Of a stretch of DNA of 55,889 nt, positions 1 through 8,843 are shown piece after piece; within the stretch, counting starts at the first letter, position 1; every line of letters starts with the position of its first letter. Source of the DNA: Christensenella sp. UBA1259. Lineage in GTDB: Bacteria; Bacillota; Clostridia; Christensenellales; Borkfalkiaceae. The notes under the pieces were generated by a model. The model was not told where the DNA came from, ran no database searches, and was given only the letters and a program-made list of their open reading frames with translations. The translations under genes and the position numbers were made by a program. The DNA lies in assembly GCA_002308755.1 (NCBI GenBank), contig DBVR01000003.1, forward strand, positions 1 through 55,889, written 5' to 3'.

Positions 1-36
1 ATCTCCCCGCCGCGGTTTATTATTAACGGATATTGT

Positions 37-357
37 TTAGTTTTCGGTTTTGTTTGCCGCGTCTATCCTTTTATTGCGGAAGTATATAATCAGCGCGATA
101 GAAAGCATAATGAAGTTTACGACGTAAAAGCAACACGCCGTTATTCTGAGTGCTGTCCAGTACCCTGCGCCTACCGCTATTCCCGCGAGTATTTTGCTTA
201 AAATCCCCGCGGCGTAGCCCGTTTCCACAAGACAGAGAAAAACGAGACTCGTTCCCTTTGCCGTTCTTCCTTTGTACGCCCGCACTATATTGAACGGCCA
301 CGACGCACCGAAAAGAACTATCATAATTATTTCACACACGACTGAAAACTCTTCCAT
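37..357 (-). CDS. Small 3-TM membrane protein, PQ-loop/SemiSWEET-like (tentative)
   Basis: 106-aa ORF with three hydrophobic segments. SWPFNIVRAYKGRTAKGTS resembles the PQ-loop motif (PQ replaced by PF). Family call is from memory only. Confidence 0.35.
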   Translation of the reverse strand: MEEFSVVCEIIMIVLFGASWPFNIVRAYKGRTAKGTSLVFLCLVETGYAAGILSKILAGIAVGAGYWTALRITACCFYVVNFIMLSIALIIYFRNKRIDAANKTEN

Positions 358-381
358 ATACCGTTTCTCCTTTGCCCGTCT

Positions 382-2229
382 TTACTTCGTAAGCTTTGCG
401 GCTACGAGAATCGCCGCGCCTAAGATTCCCGCTTTATTGCCTGCTTTTGCCGAAACTATCCTGAATTTTAGCCCGTGCCTGCCGCCGCCGTAAGAATATT
501 CGTCCACGGCTTTTTGCAGCACGGGAATTATTATATCTTTCTGCGCGCTTATCCCGCCGCCTATTATTATGACCTGCGGTCTGAACGCGTTGGCGACGTT
601 TATTACCCCGACAGATAAGTCGTCGAGATAATCGTCCACGACCTTTTTTGCCGCCGCGTCGCTACGGTAATAGTCGAACGCGGTCTTGCCCGTTACGGCG
701 TTTAAATCGCCTATGTTCCACATTGCGCTGTTTTTGTTTCTCGTCATAGCGCGCTTGGTCTCTCTTATAAGCGCGGTAGCCGAACAGTACGCTTCCAAAC
801 ACCCTTTTAAGCCGCAGGTACATTGTTCCCCGCCTTTTTTTAAAATGGTGTGTCCTATTTCCGCGCCTGCGCCCGAATTGCCGGTATAAAGGTTGCCGTT
901 TATGATAACGCCGCCGCCTACGCCCGTGCCCAAAGTCAGCATAACGCAATCGCTTACGCCCTTACCCGCGCCGAACTTATATTCCGCAAGCGCGGCTACG
1001 TCGGCGTCGTTGGCTATAACGACCTTTAAGCCCGTGCGCTTTTGCACTTCTCCGACTATGCCGAAATCGTGCCAGTCGAGATTGTTGGAGTACACCACCT
1101 TACCTTTTTCGGCGTTTATAAGCCCGGGAACGCCTATTCCCACGCCTTCCGCGTCGGAAGCGCAAAACCCCGCCGCACTCAAAAGACGGTCGCACAGAGC
1201 GGCGATATTTTTCGCCACCACCTTTGCGCCCTTGTCCCTTTCGGTGGGAACTTCGTCGCAAACGACGATATTGCCCGCGTCGTCCACTATCCCGCCTTTT
1301 ATGAACGTTCCGCCGAGATCTATACCTATATAATACTTACGCACCGAAGTTATAACTATATCGGCGTTACCTTTCACATGGTACTTGCCGTGATCTGCGC
1401 TTACGAAGAAACTGTCGCCCTTGCGCATTTTATTGCCGTCGATAAATCCTTCGCCATTTACGCAGGTAACGCAATCGAAAGTCTTTCCGTCGGTAGTAAA
1501 GGTCTTATCGGTAACCGAAAACTTCTTTACGGTGAAATACCTGCTTGCGCCGAGAAAACTCTTTTGCGACGGTTTTAAGGAAAACTTCTTTAAATTCATA
1601 ACGGCGAGTGCCTTTTCGATATGCAGGGGGCGTTTTTCGCCGTTCTTATCCGTCCTGTCGTAGTCGTAAACCCGATAGGTAAGGTTGCTGTTTTGCTGTA
1701 TTTCCAGAATAAGACAACCCTTTTTTATGGCGTGCACCGTGCCCGCGGGTATAAAATACGTCTGCCCCGCCTTTACGGGATAAAAGTTAAGAAGTTCTGT
1801 GATTTTGTTTTCCGCTATCGCCTTTGCGACTTCGTCTTTTTTGACGTCTTTTTTAAAGCCTAAATATATCCCCGCGCCTTTCTCGGCTTCTACGACGTGC
1901 CACATCTCCGTTTTTCCGTAGGAATTTTCGTTCTTTAACGCGTAATCGTCGGAGGGGTGCACCTGCACGGAAAGATCGCTTGCCGCGTCGATAAACTTTA
2001 TCATAACGGGAAAGAAGGGAAACGCCGTTACGTTTTCGCCGAGTTCTTTATCCGTTACCTTGCTTTTAAGCGCGACGCCGTCGGTCAAAGTCAGCCCGTC
2101 GGGATGAAAAGACAGTTCCCAACTTTCCGAAACGATATCCGCATCGGAATCTTTACCGTAAAAGTCTTTAAGTTTTCTGCCGCCCCAGATATAATCTTTA
2201 AGGGCGGGCTTTAACCTGAATATACTCAT
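382..2229 (-). CDS. Fusion protein: class I mannose-6-phosphate isomerase (N-terminal half) + ROK-family sugar kinase (C-terminal half)
   Basis: 615-aa uninterrupted ORF. N-terminal half has PMI motifs (YIWGG, SVQVHPSDDYA, KTEMWHV, IPAGTVHAI). C-terminal half has ROK motifs (GIDLGGT, ANDADVAALAE, zinc motif CTCGLKGCLEAYCS). Confidence 0.8.
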   Translation of the reverse strand: MSIFRLKPALKDYIWGGRKLKDFYGKDSDADIVSESWELSFHPDGLTLTDGVALKSKVTDKELGENVTAFPFFPVMIKFIDAASDLSVQVHPSDDYALKNENSYGKTEMWHVVEAEKGAGIYLGFKKDVKKDEVAKAIAENKITELLNFYPVKAGQTYFIPAGTVHAIKKGCLILEIQQNSNLTYRVYDYDRTDKNGEKRPLHIEKALAVMNLKKFSLKPSQKSFLGASRYFTVKKFSVTDKTFTTDGKTFDCVTCVNGEGFIDGNKMRKGDSFFVSADHGKYHVKGNADIVITSVRKYYIGIDLGGTFIKGGIVDDAGNIVVCDEVPTERDKGAKVVAKNIAALCDRLLSAAGFCASDAEGVGIGVPGLINAEKGKVVYSNNLDWHDFGIVGEVQKRTGLKVVIANDADVAALAEYKFGAGKGVSDCVMLTLGTGVGGGVIINGNLYTGNSGAGAEIGHTILKKGGEQCTCGLKGCLEAYCSATALIRETKRAMTRNKNSAMWNIGDLNAVTGKTAFDYYRSDAAAKKVVDDYLDDLSVGVINVANAFRPQVIIIGGGISAQKDIIIPVLQKAVDEYSYGGGRHGLKFRIVSAKAGNKAGILGAAILVAAKLTK

Positions 2230-2320
2230 ATATCCCTTTTATAAAAGTAAAAAGACATACGATTATTTTAATTATAAACGATGTCTTAAACGTTTTTCGG
2301 GCGAAATTTTGCCCGCCTAC

Positions 2321-2349
2321 ATTATACTACTCCGCCCGCGGCTTGTCAA
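2321..2349 (-). promoter_or_regulatory. SigA-type promoter for the PMI-ROK gene (TTGACA-17-TATAAT on minus strand)
   Basis: Plus strand shows attata at 2321-2326 and tgtcaa at 2344-2349, with an exact 17-nt spacer. Confidence 0.6.
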
Positions 2350-2391
2350 ACCCTTTGAACTCACCGACTTTTGTTTTCCGTTTCGTTTCCG

Positions 2392-2970
2392 TCAGATTTT
2401 TCGGCAACTTTCCACCGCGGCGAAAACTTTTTCGGCGAGTTCTTCTTTGCCTTTGTCGTTTTCTAAGACGATATAGCGGGAAAGGTCTTTCTTTTCGTAG
2501 TCGAACTGCGCTTTTATCCTTGCCGTTATCTCTTCTTCCGAAAGATTCGAACGCTTTTTGACGCTTTCTATCCTGTCTTTAAGGTCTCTTTTTATCACTA
2601 TCACCCTGTCGAAATATTTTTCGGCTTTGGTTTCGAAAAGAAGCGGCACTTCCACCACCGAAAGGTCGTTCTTTTCCGCCCGTGAAAGGGCGACGGAAAG
2701 CGCCCTTTCCGTTACCGTTTCGGTGAGAAGTTTATACACCTTGTCGTCGGAAAACGCCTTTTCGGCTATCTTTTTTTTGTCGGCTTTAAGGAATATCCTG
2801 CCCTTTATCTCGTCGGGGAATATTTTTTTGAGTTCTTTCAAAAAAGCGCGGTTCTTATACAGTTCTTTCACCACTTCGTCGCAGTTTACCACCTTTATCC
2901 CCGCCTTTTTAAGGGCTGAAACGGCTACCGTCTTGCCGCTGCCTATCCCGCCCGTTATCGCTATTTTCAT
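2392..2970 (-). CDS. coaE: Dephospho-CoA kinase
   Basis: 192 aa with N-terminal P-loop ITGGIGSGKT. Lies directly downstream of polA, as in many Firmicutes. Confidence 0.85.
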   Translation of the reverse strand: MKIAITGGIGSGKTVAVSALKKAGIKVVNCDEVVKELYKNRAFLKELKKIFPDEIKGRIFLKADKKKIAEKAFSDDKVYKLLTETVTERALSVALSRAEKNDLSVVEVPLLFETKAEKYFDRVIVIKRDLKDRIESVKKRSNLSEEEITARIKAQFDYEKKDLSRYIVLENDKGKEELAEKVFAAVESCRKI

Positions 2971-2971
2971 A

Positions 2972-5527
2972 TCATTTCGCCTCGAACCAGTTTTCTCCCG
3001 TGCCGACGCTCACGGTAAGCGGTACGGAAAGGGTTATCGCCCCTTCCATTTCTTCTTTCAGTATCTTTTCCACGCGCTCTTTTTCTTCCTTCGGCGCGTC
3101 TACTATAAGTTCGTCGTGTATCTGCAATATAAGTTTCGCTTTAAGCCCTTCCTTTTGAAGACGGCGGTAAACGTTTATCATGGCAAGTTTTATTATGTCC
3201 GCGCTGCTCCCTTGCAAGGGCATATTCATAGCGGCACGCTCTCCGAAACTTCTTAAATTGAAGTTGGCGGAGTTTATTTCCCTTATATATCTCCTGCGCT
3301 TTAATACGGTAACGGCGTAGCCCGTTTTGTGCGCGCTTTCCACGTTCCGTTTCATATACTCTTTCACTTCGGGATATTCCGCGAAGTAGGAATCTATATA
3401 TTTTCTCGCCGTTACGGGGGATATGTGAAGGTTTTTAGCCAGCCCGTACTCGCTTATCCCGTAAATTATGCCGAAGTTCACGGCTTTCGCGCTGCCCCTT
3501 TCCTTTGCCGTAACCTTTTCTTTGGGCACGCCGAAAACTTTCGCCGCGGTCGCCGTGTGTATGTCCGCGCCGCTGTTAAAGGCTTTTATAAGCGGCTTGC
3601 AGTCGGAAAACGCCGCAAGCAGTCTTAATTCTATCTGCGAATAGTCGGCGGAAACCAGCACTCCCCCGTCTCTCGGCACGAAAAACTTGCGGAGTTCTTT
3701 GCCTTCGTCGTCTCTTACGGGTATGTTTTGCAGGTTCGGTTCTTTCGAAGAAAGCCTGCCCGTCGACGTTACCGTCTGGTTAAAGGACGTGTGTATAAGT
3801 CCCGTCTTTCTGTCGATAAGGGGCTTAAACCCTTCGACGTAAGTGGAAAAAAGTTTCTGTATCTTGCGGTATTTTAGAATAAGCGGTATCACGGGGTGCG
3901 CGTCTTCGTAACTTTCGAGTATCTCGGCGGAAGTCGAATACCCCGTCTTGGTCTTTTTGCCTTTGCCTATTTTCAGTTTGTCGAAAAGCACTTCCCCCAA
4001 CTGTTTGGGCGAATTTACGTTGAGATTCGGTTCACCCGCAAGGGCTTTTATTTTTTCGTCGTACTCCTTTAAAAGTTCCGAATACTTTTCGCCCGTAAGG
4101 GTAAGCGCGTCTATATCCACCTTAAAGCCCGCCCTTTCCATCGAAAACAGCACGTCGACGAGCGGAAGTTCCACGTTTTTGTACAGGTCTTCCATGTCTT
4201 CTTCTTTAAGCAGCGGGTAAAGTTTTCGGTATATCCCGTAAAGCGAAAAAGCGGGCGTGTTCCTGTTTTCTCCGTACCTTTCCGCGACTTCTTCCGCCGT
4301 TTCGCCGCCGCCTGAATAGTCGGCGAGATATTTTATAAGCGAAACGTCTTCCGTCGGGGCGGTTAAAGATATTGCCCCGACGTCCGCAAGAAAATGCATG
4401 AGTTCCTTTTTGTCGAACACGATAAGCGGGGTGTCGCCCGTAAATATCGGCTTTAACGCCGCTACTACCGCTGACGGCGAAAACCCGTAGTCCAAAAGCG
4501 ACTCCGCCGCCGTCTTATATCGGTATTCGCATTTTCCGTCGGAAAGGTTTATCCCGCCTTTTGCGATATAAACCGCTATCTTTTCGGCGGCAAGTATCTC
4601 TTCGGGAACGGTTAAACTCGTCATATCCTTCGTCTTTATAGGTTCTTTTATCGCCGCTTGTCTTTTTTCTTCCCCGCCGAACAGTTCTTCTTTTAAGTAA
4701 AGCGACTTAAATTCAAGTTCCCTGAATTTCTGCCGCAAAGTTTCGGAAAACGGCGTTTTAAGCGACATATCCTTTTCGGTTACGGATAAATCGCAGTCGG
4801 TCTTTATGGTGGCGAGAGTATAGGAAAGATAGGCTTTTTCTCTGTCTTCTTTAAGCCTTTCGTAAAGTTTTCCTTTTATTTTATCGAGATTATCGTACAC
4901 CCCGTCCAGAGAACCGTACTCTTTCAATAGAGAAACGGCGGTCTTTTCTCCCACGCCGCTAACTCCCGGAATGTTGTCGGAAGAATCGCCCATAAGCGAT
5001 TTTAAGTCTATTATCTGCTTTGGTATAAGTCCCGTCTTTTCGGAAAAATTAGCCGCGGTATAGGCTTCCGTTTCGGATATTCCTTTCTTGGTAAACCGCA
5101 CTTCGGTAGTTTTGTCGACGAGTTGAAAGGCGTCCCTGTCGCCGGTAAAAATAAGGGTGTACAGGTCGGTGTTTTTCGCCAGAGTTCCTATCACGTCGTC
5201 TGCTTCGAACCCTTCCTTTTCGACGACCGCGACGTTCATGGTTTTAAGAATTTCTTTTAAAAGCGGGATCTGCGGTCTTAATTCTTCGGGCATGGGCTTT
5301 CTCGTGCCCTTATACTCCGCGTACATTTCGTGGCGGAAAGTGGGGGCTTTAAGGTCGAAAGCGACGGCGACGAATTTCGGGCGGTCTTCGTCCAAAATCT
5401 TAAAGAACATATTCATAAACCCGTAAACCGCGTTGGTGTAAACGCCGTCTTTCGTGGTGAGAAGCGGCATGGCGTAGAAGGCGCGATTTATAAGACTGTT
5501 GCCGTCTATCAAAACTAATTTTTCCAT
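2972..5527 (-). CDS. polA: DNA polymerase I
   Basis: 851 aa. N-terminal 5-prime nuclease (LIDGNSLINRAFYA) and family A polymerase motifs (DYSQIELRLLA, AKAVNFGIIYG, QIHDELI). Confidence 0.95.
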   Translation of the reverse strand: MEKLVLIDGNSLINRAFYAMPLLTTKDGVYTNAVYGFMNMFFKILDEDRPKFVAVAFDLKAPTFRHEMYAEYKGTRKPMPEELRPQIPLLKEILKTMNVAVVEKEGFEADDVIGTLAKNTDLYTLIFTGDRDAFQLVDKTTEVRFTKKGISETEAYTAANFSEKTGLIPKQIIDLKSLMGDSSDNIPGVSGVGEKTAVSLLKEYGSLDGVYDNLDKIKGKLYERLKEDREKAYLSYTLATIKTDCDLSVTEKDMSLKTPFSETLRQKFRELEFKSLYLKEELFGGEEKRQAAIKEPIKTKDMTSLTVPEEILAAEKIAVYIAKGGINLSDGKCEYRYKTAAESLLDYGFSPSAVVAALKPIFTGDTPLIVFDKKELMHFLADVGAISLTAPTEDVSLIKYLADYSGGGETAEEVAERYGENRNTPAFSLYGIYRKLYPLLKEEDMEDLYKNVELPLVDVLFSMERAGFKVDIDALTLTGEKYSELLKEYDEKIKALAGEPNLNVNSPKQLGEVLFDKLKIGKGKKTKTGYSTSAEILESYEDAHPVIPLILKYRKIQKLFSTYVEGFKPLIDRKTGLIHTSFNQTVTSTGRLSSKEPNLQNIPVRDDEGKELRKFFVPRDGGVLVSADYSQIELRLLAAFSDCKPLIKAFNSGADIHTATAAKVFGVPKEKVTAKERGSAKAVNFGIIYGISEYGLAKNLHISPVTARKYIDSYFAEYPEVKEYMKRNVESAHKTGYAVTVLKRRRYIREINSANFNLRSFGERAAMNMPLQGSSADIIKLAMINVYRRLQKEGLKAKLILQIHDELIVDAPKEEKERVEKILKEEMEGAITLSVPLTVSVGTGENWFEAK

Positions 5528-5672
5528 AAAACCCCTTAATAACGCTTGCTAAAAGGTAAAAATTGTGCTATCATACAGTACGAGATTGAGCGCTTTTAAT
5601 TTATTGTAACATAAAAAAAGCAAAAAATACAGGAAAAAACGCAAAACCTTAAAATTTTCCCACGAAAACCTT

Positions 5673-5759
5673 GCCGGTGTGGTGGAATTGGCAGACGCGC
5701 TGGACTCAAAATCCTGTGGTAGAAATACCGTATCGGTTCGACCCCGATCACCGGCACCA
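5673..5759 (+). tRNA. tRNA-Leu (anticodon CAA), class II with long variable arm, CCA encoded
   Basis: Acceptor stem GCCGGTG/CACCGGC, anticodon loop CTCAAAA, T-arm GGTTCGACCCC, terminal ACCA. Confidence 0.9.
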
Positions 5760-5762
5760 AAA

Positions 5763-5795
5763 CCGCCCCGAGACTTACCGTCTCGGGGCGGTTTT
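5763..5795 (+). terminator. Intrinsic terminator after tRNA-Leu
   Basis: 11-bp stem CCGCCCCGAGA/TCTCGGGGCGG with a 7-nt loop, followed by TTTT. Confidence 0.8.
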
Positions 5796-5864
5796 ATCCG
5801 AGCCGAAAAAATAAGGTCGTCGCCTTGCCGCAACGCTTTCCCCTTTTATTTTTTCCGCGCACCC

Positions 5865-5894
5865 TTGACAAACCGTACTCAAAAAATATATAAT
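5865..5894 (+). promoter_or_regulatory. SigA-type promoter (TTGACA-18-TATAAT) ending 6 nt before the ATG at 5901
   Basis: TTGACA at 5865-5870 and TATAAT at 5889-5894, then ATTTTT and ATG. No Shine-Dalgarno sequence in between. Confidence 0.55.
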
Positions 5895-5900
5895 ATTTTT

Positions 5901-7109
5901 ATGCACGGCAAGCGTAAGAAATATAATCAGAGTAAATACCGTTTTATATATTTTCTTCTCCGCGGCGCGGTCTTTTTGTACACGCGCCTGTTTTTGGGCT
6001 ACCGTTGCAAGGATAAGTACAAAATAAAGAAAGGCGAATCGGTGGCGGTGCTTTGCAACCACCAGACCGATTCCGACCCTTTTTGCGTTCTCACTTCCTT
6101 TAACCGTCCCGTGCACCCCGTCGCCACCGACAGCATTTTCGCGGGAAAATTCAGGTCGAAGTTTTTTTCTTCCTTGGGCGTTATCGCCAAGAAAAAGGGC
6201 GTAAGCGACCTTCGCACCGCGGTTATGATCCGCAACGTCGTGGAAAACGGCGGTTCGGTGCTTATGTTTCCCGAAGGGAACAGGAGTTTTTGCGAGTTTC
6301 AGTTTTATATTTCCGACGACACCGCAAAACTCATAAAACTCTTAAAGCCCACGCTGGTGCTGTTTAACCTGCACGGCGGCACGGGTAAAGCCCCGCGGTT
6401 TAAGAATAAAAACCGCAAGGGGAAATTCTACGGCGAGATAAAGCGCGTCCTTAAATACGAAGAATACTCTTTGATGAGCGACGGAGAACTTAACGCGGTC
6501 ATAAAGAACGAACTTAAAGTTTTCGACAGCGAATCGGGGCTTTTATACAAGTCGAAAAGGCGTGCGGAATACCTTGAAAGGACGTTTTTTATATGCCCCG
6601 TGTGCGGGGAAAAAGAAAAAACGTATTCCGAAGGCAATTATCTTTACTGTAAGGCGTGCGGCACCAAAACCGAGTACACCGAAGATCTAAAACTCAAAAA
6701 CGCCGACCCCGCTTTCCCCTTTACCCGCATGATAGACTACTGGAATTACCAGAAACGCTATATCAAAGACCTTGAAATACAGGAAGGGGAAACGATATTT
6801 TCCGATAAAGACGTCAGGGTGATGCTGGCCACCCCCTACGAAAAGAGAAAGTTGCTGTACAGGGGCGATATTTACCTTACCGATAAATATCTCGTTTACG
6901 GCAAAGAAAAATTCGAACTTAAAAATATAGAGATGTCTTCCGTGGTATCGGGAAGAACGCTGACCATATCGTACGACGGCAAAGACTACGCTATTCGGGG
7001 AAACGAACGGTTCAACCCCGTGAAATACGCCTTTATTTTCAACAAACTCGACACGAAAATGAAAGAAAAAGGGGCGGACAAATACTTTAACCTGGAGGAA
7101 GATTCTTAA
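5901..7109 (+). CDS. Lysophospholipid (PlsC-family) acyltransferase with C-terminal zinc-ribbon-containing extension
   Basis: HX4D motif NHQTDSD and FPEGNRS motif. C-terminal region has CPVCG..(13)..CKACG. The ORF-track extension 5679-5900 overlaps tRNA-Leu and its terminator, so the start was moved to ATG 5901. Confidence 0.7.
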   Translation: MHGKRKKYNQSKYRFIYFLLRGAVFLYTRLFLGYRCKDKYKIKKGESVAVLCNHQTDSDPFCVLTSFNRPVHPVATDSIFAGKFRSKFFSSLGVIAKKKGVSDLRTAVMIRNVVENGGSVLMFPEGNRSFCEFQFYISDDTAKLIKLLKPTLVLFNLHGGTGKAPRFKNKNRKGKFYGEIKRVLKYEEYSLMSDGELNAVIKNELKVFDSESGLLYKSKRRAEYLERTFFICPVCGEKEKTYSEGNYLYCKACGTKTEYTEDLKLKNADPAFPFTRMIDYWNYQKRYIKDLEIQEGETIFSDKDVRVMLATPYEKRKLLYRGDIYLTDKYLVYGKEKFELKNIEMSSVVSGRTLTISYDGKDYAIRGNERFNPVKYAFIFNKLDTKMKEKGADKYFNLEEDS

Positions 7110-8507
7110 ATGGGTGCGTGGACTTTCGATCTTTCGCAGTACGGCAGCGTGTGGAACACCGTTATAAATATCGGCGTGCTTTTAGCGGCTTTACTTATAG
7201 GCAATATGCTTCGCCGCGTGATACCTTTTTTGCGTAAAGCGTTTATACCCAGCGCGCTTATAGGCGGGCTTTTGGTATTCGTTATAAATATCGCGATAAA
7301 GGAAATTTTCGGCGTCGAGATAGTAGACAGAAGGATAATGCAGGTGGTTACCTACCACGCCTTGGCGATAGGATTTATCGCCATGTCCATGAAAATCGTC
7401 GAAAAGAAGAAAGACGGGCGCGGGCTTTTCGTCGTACAGAACGGGCTTTTGACGGGCGGAACGTATATGCTGCAAGCCGTCGTCGGCATCCTTGTAAGCC
7501 TTGTATTTTTCTGGATAGGGGGCACTCTGTTTTACGACACGGGGGTACTGCTTCCGCTGGGGTTCGGGCAAGGTCCCGGAAACGCCCTTACCTGGGACGT
7601 TATTTTCACCGCCGACGGACACCTTACGAGTAACGGCTCGTTGGGGCTTACCATTGCGTCGATAGGTTTCGTGGTGGCGTCCGTCGTGGGCGTTATATAC
7701 ATAAACGTCTACAAGCGCAAGGGCGAGATAGTAAAAAAGGAAAAAACGCTCCTTCGCAGCGTTTCGGACTTCGAGACCGACAACGAAATAGAAGATTCCG
7801 AGTCGGTGGATAAGTCGTCTATACAGTTTGCTTTCGTCGCGGTAAGTTATCTTCTCGCGTTTCTCATAATGTTTTTCTTCAAAAAACTTTCCGACTGGAC
7901 AAACGTTAAACTTTTCAACGACGTGGCTTGGGGTTTCAACTTTATCTGGGGCGTTATAACCGCCACCCTTTTAAAGGCGTTTATGAAATTCTTGAAAAAG
8001 AAAAACGTCGTCAAAAAGAAATACATCAACAACTACCAGATGGATAGGATAAGCGGGTTTGCCTTCGACCTTATGATAATAGCGGGCGTCGCCGCGATAG
8101 ACGTGCAGGTCGTTACCGATTATATCGTCGTGATACTTGCGCTCTGCCTTGCGGGAACGGTCGCCACCGTGATATACGTAAAGATAATGACGAAACTCTG
8201 TTTTAAGGGGTTCTGCCACGAGTCTTTTCTCGTAAACTTCGGCACGCTGACGGGGACTGCGAGTAACGGTATGATACTGCTTCGAGAAATAGACCCCGAC
8301 TACGCTACCCCGACGAGTAATATTTTCATACTGTCGCAATTCCCCGCAATGATAGCCGTCGCTCCCCTTCTGCTGCTTTTGAACATGGGTGCGGGCTCTT
8401 ACGGCGGGTGTCTTATATCGCTCGGGATATTTTCCGCGCTTTTTACGGGGTACACTCTGTTTCTCGTTCTTTCTTCCCGAAAAAGGGCGAAAAAAGAATC
8501 GAACTAA
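7110..8507 (+). CDS. Polytopic transporter, GltS (sodium/glutamate symporter)-like
   Basis: 465 aa with about 10-12 hydrophobic segments. IPSALIGGLLVF near the N-terminus and FGTLTGTASNGMILL near the C-terminus resemble GltS-family regions. SD GGAGGA lies upstream. Confidence 0.5.
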   Translation: MGAWTFDLSQYGSVWNTVINIGVLLAALLIGNMLRRVIPFLRKAFIPSALIGGLLVFVINIAIKEIFGVEIVDRRIMQVVTYHALAIGFIAMSMKIVEKKKDGRGLFVVQNGLLTGGTYMLQAVVGILVSLVFFWIGGTLFYDTGVLLPLGFGQGPGNALTWDVIFTADGHLTSNGSLGLTIASIGFVVASVVGVIYINVYKRKGEIVKKEKTLLRSVSDFETDNEIEDSESVDKSSIQFAFVAVSYLLAFLIMFFFKKLSDWTNVKLFNDVAWGFNFIWGVITATLLKAFMKFLKKKNVVKKKYINNYQMDRISGFAFDLMIIAGVAAIDVQVVTDYIVVILALCLAGTVATVIYVKIMTKLCFKGFCHESFLVNFGTLTGTASNGMILLREIDPDYATPTSNIFILSQFPAMIAVAPLLLLLNMGAGSYGGCLISLGIFSALFTGYTLFLVLSSRKRAKKESN

Positions 8508-8520
8508 TCGCTAACATTAA

Positions 8521-8568
8521 TCAAATCGCCGCCTGCAAGAAGATTTTGCTGGCGGCGATTTGATTTTT
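8521..8568 (+). terminator. Intrinsic terminator
   Basis: 13-bp stem TCAAATCGCCGCC/GGCGGCGATTTGA followed by TTTTT. Confidence 0.75.
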
Positions 8569-8778
8569 ATATATATTTTTCGTTTTTAAAAAAAATTTTT
8601 TTATGGCAACATTATTCGTTCACGTTTTTATCAGAAGTCTCATAATATATTGAAGTAGGGTGTTTTACGGCAAAAACACCCCCGAATTTTAAAATCGTGA
8701 TTTTGTTGTTTATGGCTGTTTTGTGCTTTTTTTGCATTAATTTGTTACAATTTACCGTTTTATAGCCCCAAAAAATGC

Positions 8779-8807
8779 TTGACAACCGCTAATTGTTGCC
8801 TTAAAAT
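8779..8807 (+). promoter_or_regulatory. SigA-type promoter (TTGACA-17-TAAAAT) for the glmU-like/glmM pair
   Basis: TTGACA at 8779-8784 and TAAAAT at 8802-8807. Confidence 0.55.
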
Positions 8808-8843
8808 ATGAGAATATGAAAACAGAAAAAATGAGGAGTAAAA

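Noticed and set aside
5679-5900. N-terminal 74-codon extension of the acyltransferase ORF
   Set aside because: It reads through tRNA-Leu and its terminator. A promoter lies at 5865-5894, directly before the ATG at 5901.
5760-5900. tRNA-Leu as an integration site for a genomic island
   Set aside because: There is no integrase, direct repeat of the tRNA 3-prime end, or foreign-looking genes downstream. The next genes are ordinary membrane and lipid functions.
8570-8778. Possible small RNA, or remnant of the GlmU N-terminal domain, in the AT-rich spacer (hairpin GGGTGTTTT/AAAACACCC at 8658-8681)
   Set aside because: There is no convincing promoter or T-run for an sRNA. No reading frame is long enough, and nothing resembles a nucleotidyltransferase.
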